The notes under the pieces were generated by a model. It saw nothing but the letters and a program-made list of their open reading frames with translations. It ran no database searches and had not been told where the DNA came from. A stretch of 64,000 nucleotides of DNA, from NCBI GenBank assembly GCA_047495785.1, contig JBLDXI010000013.1:248001-312000 (forward strand), in the 5' to 3' direction. This document shows positions 54,525 to 64,000 of this stretch, piece by piece (positions within the stretch are counted from its first letter, which is position 1; the number at the start of each line of letters is the position of its first letter). The DNA comes from Lepidodermella squamata (lineage: Eukaryota > Animalia > Gastrotricha). Both the position numbers and the translations under genes were made by a program.

Positions 54525-57511
54525 TTAACCAACGACTTGACGCGGGGGCGAGCGTCCCCCAGGAGCAGCAGGCTTTTTGCTCGGCAAACGTGAAGGTGCT
54601 TGAGGTCTTGGAGGCCCACGGCCGTTTGCCGCTGCTGGTAGTCGACGTGGTCCAGATGATTCCGGAACACCTCCAAGTCTTACCGGTCCATCGTTATTAG
54701 ATGGCCTACGTCCACCCGCCGTCCCAACACGTGCCGGAGAGGCGTTGTGAACTTCGTGCCCGCCGGCAACTTGAACCGTGTATGGTACACCAGGAGCGTG
54801 CTTATCTCCCTCTCCAGCAGGAGGAGGAACAAAATCTTGTTGTTGATGATGCCTGTGAGGCGGAACAGGTGGCCTCCGAGGAATGTGAGGAGATGGATGC
54901 ACCGGCGATGGTGCGTATTGAGCAGGTGGAGGAGGCTGTTGTTGACCGCCGGTGTGAGAGTATCCGTGAGCTGGAAAGTGGTTCGGAGGACTTGGGGCGT
55001 AGAGAGGAGGCTGCGGCCCGGGGCCATGCGGCGGCATACCTTGATACTGCCTCGGAATGTTTGGAGGTTGGGAAAGTTGCATCGGCTGATGTTGCAACCC
55101 AAATGGTGAAAATTGTTGGTTATGTTGAGTTTGCGGCATATGTTGTAGTTGATGTGTGTTTGGACCTGAACCCAGCGGAGAACCTGAGGAAAACGGATAG
55201 GACTGATAAACCTGGTTTTGTTGGAAACTCATAGGCTGGTTCATCGCCTGCATTGGTGCCATTTGCATACTTTGAGAGCTCTGTTGAGGGTAGTGGGCAC
55301 TTGAATGCGGGAAAAATCCTGAAGGCATATAAGCTCCTGGCGCTCCATTCATGGATATTCCCATTTGCCCGTCTGCTGCCAAGTGACCATTGGGCTGGAA
55401 AGCTTGATTTCCGGGAAAAGATGGGCCCATAAGGCCCGGCTGCTGATGAGCAATAACCTGGCTTGAGGGGTGAAACTGATTGTTTGAATTGAGCTGGGGA
55501 GAATTATTGAGCGCTAGCGGTTGCCTAAAATAATGTTGGCTTTCCGGATTTGAGTTATATTGATGCTGTTGCTGAATTGGTGGCTGAAGATTTTGCTGAT
55601 TTCGGAACTGGTCCTGATTAAGGGGAAATTGTTGCGTTGGGGAATATTGCAACGATGGGTTGAATTGCTGGCTTTGCAAAGCCATCTGATGTGGAAGCAT
55701 ACTCGACACAAAGCTTTGACTGCTAGGTTGAGGAGGCTGCAGATAGGAAAATTATAAGTAAACAATAGAAAATTACGCTTTTTAGAGCTTACTTGGCCAA
55801 TTTTTTGAGTTTGCTGTTGGTCAATTTGATATGGCACAGCATTTGATGGCAACTGGAGATACGCTTGGGACGGCGGTTGAGCAGGCATCTGAGGAGAATT
55901 TTGCTGATTAGAGGGTTCAAATCCTAGTGGCCTAAAGTTTTGATCTTGACTTGCGACTTTGCTTGATTGCTGATTAGGCGAAGTCTCATGAGATCTTTGC
56001 AGCTGCTCCTGTATCTTTTGAAAGAACACTCTGGGGTCACTCATGTTCAAATAGGAATCAGTCGACTGAGTTTCTAATTTTCGATTTGATGAGGATTTCT
56101 CCATCTCATCCACTGACGGCATCTGTATGACAACTATTCGATCCTGTGGCCGAGAAACCTTAGCTGCTTTGTGCGAATTTCCCCCACGCCGGTCTGGCTC
56201 CTGTGACCTCCGAGCATCAATAGCTGCCTGTATAGCCGTTTTCACGTAATCCGGCTCCATCTGATCACTTGGCAGAGCCTCATCTGTTTCTTGCTCCTGC
56301 TCTTTCGCAAAAATGTCTGGTCTGTCTCGTACTTCAGAGAAATCGCTTGGAGGCTCTAAGTAGGCCCTGAACGGCTGCGATTGATCGGCCAGAGTAGCCG
56401 ATGTTATTCCGTTTGTCGTAGTCTCGGGTGGTGGCCATAATCGTACTACGTTGGACGGAATTCGGTTTTGCATGCCCATCGTTTCGCGCAGTTGATTCGA
56501 AGGTTGTGGACGACTTTTACGATTTGCTTTCTTTGTCAATGGCTGACTGATTGATGGCAGCTGACTGAATGGCCCGTATTCTAAACGCTGTCGACGAAAA
56601 TCCGAAGATTCGGCCGGTGGAGAGTAATTGTATTGTAAGTATCCTGGAGCCATCCCAGTCAGGTCAATGGATATTGGGGGAAGCGTAGCTATATTTTGTA
56701 ATGTTGTCGTGTGTGTAGCCTGGTTATCCGTTGTCGTAGTAACAGTCGTAACAGTTGAATAAGACGAAGTCGTAGTAGAAGAAGCCGTCTCAAAGGCTTT
56801 CGGGCCGACTTTATTTCTTGCGATTAGCATTTTCAAAAAATCCAACAAATGCAGCCTGTTGGATGACCTGTTTGCGCTGACGAGCCCAGAACGGAAGCCG
56901 TGTTTGTTGTCTTGAGGTGCAGTAGTAAATGAGTATTTGCCGGTTGACTTGCGCTGCTCATTACTCTCTTTCTGGAAAGCGTACTGGCCGAAGAGTTCTT
57001 CATGATTAGGCCCAGGTTTTTCATCAATTTTATTGCGATTGAGCTTCTCTCGTTCTTCAGTTGTTATCTCAGAGAATCGATTATTGATACCGCCAGGATG
57101 TTGGTTATTCGACGGTCGCCTTCGATGTTTATTTTGTTTTCCACGTTGTCTTGCTCGAAACTTGCTCGAACCCAAGACCGATGAAATAGTTGAGCTTTTA
57201 CGCAATGACTCAGCATGTGATGCGATATTTTCAGGCGTAGTGAATTTGTAATCCGTGCGGTGAGTTGGATCCTTCATTATCGATCGCGATTTCAGAACGA
57301 CCAATCGGTTTTTTGAATTTCCCAATTGCAAGCTTGGAGCGTTGATGTTTCTTTGTTCCATTAAGAATTCATTTAGAATTCTAGGATCAGGAGACGTATG
57401 GTCAAAGCCTGCAACTCCATCCAGAAAAGCTGCCAAGCCGAATACAGCCAACAATAAAAGGCAATACCATTTTATATTGTAACAGTTGCAGTAGCGATTT
57501 TCGCGGCACAT
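54525..57511 (-). CDS. Large secreted low-complexity orphan protein (about 976 aa; Thr-rich, Gln/Pro-rich), 2 exons
   Basis: ORFs 55514-57511 and 54525-55709 are joined by intron 55737-55792 (gtaagc..ctgcag). Hydrophobic signal WYCLLLLAVFGLAAFLDGVAG. A further 3' exon cannot be excluded. Confidence 0.8.
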
Positions 57512-58748
57512 GTCATTAGCTAAATAATCATTTGTGCGCCAGAACTTTCGCTCTGTTAAAGTCTATTAACAGCCTATATTGAAAGGAAAAATAAAAGGTA
57601 AATAGTCAATATATTGTCAATTGTCATGCACTTTAGCAGGCGTGCGGCGTTCCCGTACTTGGTGTCTCGAAATTTAATGAGATCTTCGAAGCCGGGCGCA
57701 TTCGTCTCACCATGTCGCGCTATATACAATGGCTATGCAGTTGGTGATGTGCCTGGGAACTAAGTTGTGAACGCAGAAATTAGGCGGAATTTGAGGCGCG
57801 ACAAGCTTGTCATGTTTTTATCCACAGGCTGTAGTGATAAAAATGATCGCTTTTGGTTCCATAACCGGAAAACTTCGATAGCCAACTACACTGTAGCCAA
57901 CTCCAGTAGCCGCAGCCGGCGCTTTGGTGACTATGCCATTCTTAGATGGCCCGCTGACGCATTGCTCGACAAAGACTAACTGCGTATGATAGACTCAAAA
58001 CACAGTTTTAGAAAGGATTAGATGTTTTTGCGACTTGACGCACCGGCTTTCTCAATTTTTAGTTCCTAAGCGGTGCCTCAAGATAAATGAAAGGTATCAT
58101 GATTGTTGTGTCAAATTTTGAGGTGCCTCTCAAAAGAGCGCGTGTAATCACAACAAATTCAAGCGTCATTTTATTGTCCTATACTCATGTGCAATATGCA
58201 TTTCTACCATTTGAATATCAAATTTTAATAACATCCAACAACTTCCGTCGCCTAGAAAGATGATCCAATAAAATGGAAACAAATAACATTTTGTGTTCAG
58301 TCGCTATTTTGTAAAAACACTCTCAAATAGCGAAGGAAATAAAAGAACTCATTGTCATCTCTGAGCACATACCTATTCATTTATTCGTATTTTAGATTAG
58401 CTGTAATAAAAGTTCATATTTATATGTAATTAATTACGACGCGCATAGCTCCTTCCTAACTTAGGCATCAGACTGCCCCCGCAATTGACAATTTCGTTTC
58501 CAGCAACGCCATGATATAAGGTCGGAATTGAAAATTGGTTCGATTTATTTATTAATTAGCTTCGCAAAGGTAGCTGTGGTTTTTATTTATTGTTTATCGA
58601 GCACGCACGACTTGTAAGTGATACAGAAACTTGCTGTTAAGCAAATGAGCAATGAGCAATTATTATTTCATAACCAAACATGTATCGCATCATAATTTTA
58701 GTGGTATCGATACCTTGCAAGTTGAAGCAGAGTAGTACACAGTCAATG

Positions 58749-59965
58749 TCAGTCGCTTAATCGTTTAACTGTTATTTGTAACGTCCGAGTTTTTTTGTTA
58801 TATTTTGCTCCCGCTCCAGTCTCATTGACTTTGAAGGGAAGCACCAGCTGAACATTTTTAGTGCTACTGCCGCTGCCGATGACGACAATGGTGACTGAAT
58901 TCGGATGTTTTACGATGCAATCTTGAAGCTTTATTTCGCCCCAGGGTAGAGGAAAGCGAGCAGTGATTATAGAATTCTGAGAGCCGCTGTTTTCGAACGA
59001 CACAGCTACATCCGATGACGGCATTGAAGCATCTGTGAACAGAAAATTATAAACACGTTGAAATCCAAAGCAGTGAAAATTCTACCGATCGAGTCAGAGA
59101 GAACTTCAATCAGAGCGTCCTTGCTTTGAGATCTAGGGTTGGCAGCCCTCGTAAGAATTTCCGGTTCGAGGTTGAAACTATTCGCAATCTAATAAGCTTG
59201 CAATACGAGTAAAAATTATTAGTTAATAAATAGAAAATAGAACTAACATGTTCGTCTTTATCCGCCATTCCAAGTTTCTGAAATAAGGCCGGGGCATTCA
59301 TTAGCACCTGCTGGTCAAAAGCAGTCTGTTGGCTTATCCCCGGAAAAGTTTTTTCAGTCAGATCGGCATAATCACCGACAAAATCTTTTCCTAATTGAAA
59401 GCATGGTCAGTAATTTGTCCATATAGAACCTGATCTATTACCTGTCTCTAACTTGGCAGGCCGATCCAGTACTATGTTTCCATTCTGGCTCTCCACGACA
59501 TCCAAAATCAACTCAATTAATTCAGCTTTGCCTGCAAATCGCTCTGGACTGCCGAGAGAACTCGGATTAAGCGCAACAAGAGAAATATATGCTTTGCTAT
59601 CCGCGCAGCCGAGCGGTATACCGTCATTTTCTATCAATTTACCACCAGTGACTGGCATTGGTTCGTCGACTCTTGCTTGAATAGGAACTCGTTCCCAAGA
59701 GCATACATTTACAAAAACTGGAATTTTTCTAGAGTATAATAGAGAATAGTTTTAGAGTAATAAAATTGCAGCATACTACGTGAACTTACGATGCCAAAAT
59801 TGTCGTCCTCAAGCAACAAAACTTCGCAGGTTTGGCACAGAATTGTTTGGCTTCGTTCATTTGCTTCTCGACAAAGGCGCGGTAATTTTCTGGATCTGAC
59901 TCAGCCATTTCATCGAGCATCTTCCATATTTGATTAGCTTTACTTGCATAATCAATATTCGTCAT
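58749..59965 (-). CDS. PIH1D2: PIH1 domain-containing protein 2 (dynein assembly co-chaperone)
   Basis: ANQIWKMLDEMAESDPENYRAFVEKQMNEAK..FCCLRT, VFVNVCSWERVP..MPVTGG, and a C-terminal CS-like LPFKVNETGAGAKYNKKTRTLQITV. Confidence 0.88.
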
Positions 59966-60226
59966 TTCTATCAAGACGCGTAAACCTAAACCTCAAAATT
60001 CAAGTAGGTAAACATTCAAAAACCTATTAGAAATGACACGAATTGCAATATTAATTCGAGGTTTATTAGCGATACTGTTCAATACAATCAACGCTTTTAA
60101 CCTAAGTAAGGCGTTCAGTAGGCAAGGAAAATAATCAAGATGATTTCACCTGGTAATAACGCAGCTCTAAGGATTAAGCGAAAATTAAAAAGCTACGTCC
60201 TGATTAGAAATCCTATAACCAGAGAA

Positions 60227-61278
60227 CTAATATTCAAGGCCTGGAAAACCGACTGGTGGGGGTGCGCCGCTGTGAGCTCCGAGTGGAGGAGCTCCCGCAG
60301 GATACAGTGGCGCTGATTCATCACCACAGCCATGCTGGACTGGCCATCGATTGGGGCCAGGCATTTTATTAACATACGCATAATTTGATGGGGCTTTGTA
60401 CGCGTAAGAGGGGTGGCTCGTGTACATCGATGGGTAAGTTTCAGTCATGGCCTGAGGCGGAATCGCGATTTTCCCATGACCTACAATTTTACAAAGAATA
60501 ACGCAGAACTGTCAAAAATTAAAACAAACCTGGCTTTCTTTGAAGTTGCTCCTCAAGAGTGCCATATAGATGTTGATCGAGAGGCGGACATTGGGCGTAC
60601 AAAAAGCCAACGGTAGCGTAACCTTGGTGTCCACCTGCAGCCGTTCGATCTGCTGCCCAGGACTGAACTGTCTCAAGGATTCTAGCCGCTCTAAATTTGT
60701 CTTCTTCGTAAGGAAACGCAGTCAATAACATCTCTCGACCTTTAGGATTCATGTGATCACATATCGCACTTAAGAGAACGTAGCAAGGTGAATAAATATT
60801 TAAAAAGAGTCGCGAATTACCGTTTTAACATGTCCAAAACAGCAAGCTTGTCGTTGTGAATAGGAACGGCATCAATAACACCACAAGCCTCTTCGCAAGT
60901 CATCCGAGACAACCTCTGATAATCAATTTAATAAAATATGTCCAACAATAATCATTTTCGACGAACGTTTTGAAAAATGAGCTGAACAGCGCGAACTTTT
61001 GATGGTGAAGTCGGCATAGCATGAAGAATCCTGGCAATCTAGTGCGCATTACAGTAAAAATTTTATGGACAGAGAAATTACACAAAAGTTACCTGACTAG
61101 CGTTCAAATCGCCTTTCGAGCTCTCTATGGCACACAATTTACCATCTACTGAAGCAGTCTACAAATTTATAGACGGGTAAAAACTCTCTCTTTGCTATGT
61201 AATTTTTTAATTTGTTACCCCATTTATTCTGCAGTAAAGAGCATCGAATTCTTCTGGAGAAATAGATACCTTGGCCAT
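60227..61278 (-). CDS. DUF4476/PROSER1-N-terminal-like protein with Pro/Tyr-rich tail; 6 exons
   Basis: Spliced: MAKVSISPEEFDALYCRING|TASVDGKLCAIESSKGDLNASQ|IARILHAMPTSPSKVRAVQLIFQN|RLSRMTCEEACGVIDAVPIHNDKLAVLDMLKR|AICDHMNPKGREMLLTAFPYEEDKFRAARILET. Repeated xxDKLxxL helical pattern. Family assignment is from memory. Confidence 0.65.
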
Positions 61279-62275
61279 TCCAGATTAAAGGTAGATCCAC
61301 GGAGTTATGTGCTAGCTTTAAGTGCGTCGAGTTCAAGTCGAGTTCCGAACGTCAGACTAACATAGCCAGACGAATCGTGGAAACCTGAATGTCTAACGCG
61401 TATCCCGTGGTTACCACACTGTAATTTTCGATTGCTAAATAAATACACATTTTTACAATAAATTTAATAGTAAGTACATAATGTGTCAATATTTTGCGCG
61501 CTAGTGGTTTTATTGATATTGTTGATCAGTCGCTATTTTTTTGCAGGATGGTAAAAAATGTACTGGAGCCATCTTCTCTATGTTGAGCAGTTTACCAAGA
61601 AGTTTTTAAACAGAAACCCTTAACTCTCTTAGTGCTGTTGCTTGTAGAAAATCGCGAGCGGACGCTCCAGGAAAAGTTTGGCCTGATATACTAATATTTC
61701 TGCAACATTTTCCAAAACACCAGCCGAATTCCTCCTTCCTTTCAACGGAGATGGAAATAGCACCATATCAGCAGTCAGCATTTTTATTCAGTTTCCGCAA
61801 TCGGGTTAAACGTTAAAACCAAAACCATGACCTTGGCTTTTGAGATTTAACGAGCCGTTAAGAGGACCTATCCGTCGAATGTCTGCTTTATCGGTGCACA
61901 CGAATTTGCGAATTCTCTTGCCCAGACGGGCTCAAACCGTCGCCATAAGGCAGAACCAGTGGGGAAATGGCGAGATGAGGCTTTGAGGCAGTTAATGTCT
62001 GGTTTAATGCTTACAGAGGTCATCCCGCAATGCTCAATTTACATTCTCAAAATTACAAGATACCTGTCTCAGTTTACATTAGGTGGTTTCATATGTTAAA
62101 TTCGTAAAGGTAATTGACTCTCGGCTACTTCGCTCATTAATCGACTCAGTAGTTTATTTTGATGTTGCTATAAATTCTAAAACTAAACCTGTCTAAATGT
62201 TTTTAATCTTAAGGTTTCGGTATTAATAATTGAATACCACGTTGTTCGCAGTTCATTGATTTATACCATCCAGTC

Positions 62276-63616
62276 ATGCAACCATCGAGCCTTACCCATC
62301 TAACCATCGGATTCTCTATGATCATAGCTTCTGCAGTATCACAAGGTAGTTTTGATTGTTATATAGCGCCTCAATCATGACATTTTTTATTGCTTTAGGT
62401 TTCAAATGCCCGGGATGTAAGTTTATAATAGTTTAAAAATGGAATCTTGACTTTACTGAATCTATTACTTGTAGCCAACTTCAGACTTTTTGAACTCCAT
62501 TCGGATCTCGACAAACATTGGGCCGGAAAGTACGGTGAAGCTGAAAAGATGTGCGGCAAATCCGGACACAAACTTGCTCAAGATGGCGCGTGTTTGAAGC
62601 AATACTTTTTGTCGAACGCAAATATATCAGAGGCATGGATCGATAAGAGCTTGAAACCGAATGACGCTAATCCGTTAGTTATCATTTTATGGATTCTGAA
62701 TTATAATTTTCTACACCACGGTATTTATTCTCTGGACAACATTACCCAAATGTTGTATTCAGACCGACGTTACAGAACTTTGATTTATCATTTACAATGG
62801 ATCGAATTGTTAAGTTATTAGGGGTTGAGGGTAAATATCGTGGTGTCTTTAAAATAGCCTTGTTTGCATCTTCATTTCTTATATTTCGACATTTTCGCTT
62901 CCAGATGTGCGACCTGGTCTCGAGACAAGGGGGCTGTGGCTGTGTCGTGTGATCTTTCGCAAAAGGCTCTTTGTCAAGGATTGGCAGTTGATGACCATCC
63001 GAAATCTTATCCGGTTTGTGATCATTCAACTCTAATCTCTATCTACTCTGCTTTCTGACATTTCTAATAGAATGGTCCTTTTCCATACACGCAAGTATTT
63101 GTAAGTTTGCTTACGTACCTTCATCTTATTTCTGCTACTTCGCGTTTCTACTGTGGCATTTCGTTCTATTTGCTATTGATTTGCGAGTATTGTGATCAGA
63201 CTGTAATCTGGTGACTTTTTTCAGGGTGCAACCACCTCTGCCCCATCAACTCCGCCGGCAGTTGACGCTTATTACGTTGTATGCGGGGTCCTTGGAGTCG
63301 TTCTGATTTCCATCGTTATTGCAGCTGCTATCTGGAGATCAGGCTACGTCAACAACCGATATTCCTTCCGCCGACTGGTAATATATTGGCTCCATTGTTG
63401 CTTTAAAATAACTTTTTGCTGTATAAAGCCCGCTGGAGCCGCTGCTGCAGCTTCATCATCGCAAAAGGCCGCCCCGAAAAGCCACACTGTTACCTCGCAG
63501 CTGGACTCAGAAATTCCAGTAGGCTACGTGGTAAGTAGACCCTCCTTAATCAATTCTCTTATTTTCGGTATTTATGTTCACAGAAGGCTTCGGTCACCAA
63601 GGAGACTATCGCATGA
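62276..63616 (+). CDS. Type I membrane protein with a divergent C-type-lectin-like domain, a transmembrane helix and a C-terminal ETIA motif; about 8 exons
   Basis: Signal peptide MQPSSLTHLTIGFSMIIASAVSQ; YGEAEKMCGKSGHKLA..AWID..CATWSRDKGAVAVSCDLSQKALCQ; TM YVVCGVLGVVLISIVIAAAIW; ends KETIA-stop. All junctions GT-AG and in frame. Confidence 0.7.
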
Positions 63617-64000
63617 GGCTGCACGATAATCGCCTTATTGTGCCCATCTTTTACACTTATCGTTAATGTGGTAGCTCTATTTTAACTGATGGGTTGATGT
63701 GCGTATACGCATGTTGGAAAATCTCGCTCATAAATGATCCTGAATCGTCCCGCGGTTTATTTTGTGTGAATCCTGTTTGTTGGTGGTTTTACTCGTTTGC
63801 CGGAGACTGAAAATTTGTTATTTTCATCAACTGGCTCGTTTCTCGCGTGCGTTTTCCTTGTGATATTGCCTGTCTTGTTAACTGTCGGACTTTTTCGCCT
63901 ATATTTTTTATAACGCTGCGAGTCCACAAGGCCCGTAGTTGGAAGAAATTAATAATGCACTAGTCCTCAACTGCCGATAATAATCAAGTATTTGATGTAG

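Overview
Eukaryotic (metazoan) genomic DNA from a very compact invertebrate genome. It is most likely a ciliated spiralian-type animal; this is an inference from the motile-cilia genes ARMC2 and PIH1D2 plus Dvl and Par-6. About 19 protein-coding genes lie between 5 and 64 kb, nearly all split by tiny (about 44-65 nt) GT-AG introns, which explains the fragmented ORF track. In order: class A peptide GPCR (-), PABPC (-), RPA1 (-), SNX9/18/33 (+), ARMC2 (-), ZMPSTE24 (+), EML (-), YIF1 (-), ZFYVE19-like (+), Dishevelled (+), Par-6 (+), TBC1D20 (-), XRCC1 (+), NIFK (+), two convergent secreted low-complexity orphans, PIH1D2 (-), a DUF4476-like gene (-) and a C-type-lectin-like single-pass receptor (+). 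Non-genic items: a 2.3-kb foldback element with 411-bp TIRs and an 8-bp TSD, and decayed LINE and DNA-transposon fragments. Most notable observations: (1) a perfect 13-nt complementarity between the A-rich 5' UTR and an A-rich downstream (putative long 3' UTR) tract of PABP, a candidate end-to-end RNA pairing/autoregulation device; (2) operon-like, possibly SL trans-spliced gene runs (XRCC1-NIFK with an 82-nt gap; ZFYVE19-Dvl-Par6); (3) the nested four-arm foldback element; (4) a candidate 9-nt microexon and a GC-AG intron in SNX9/18/33. All gene models were assembled by eye; no database search was run.
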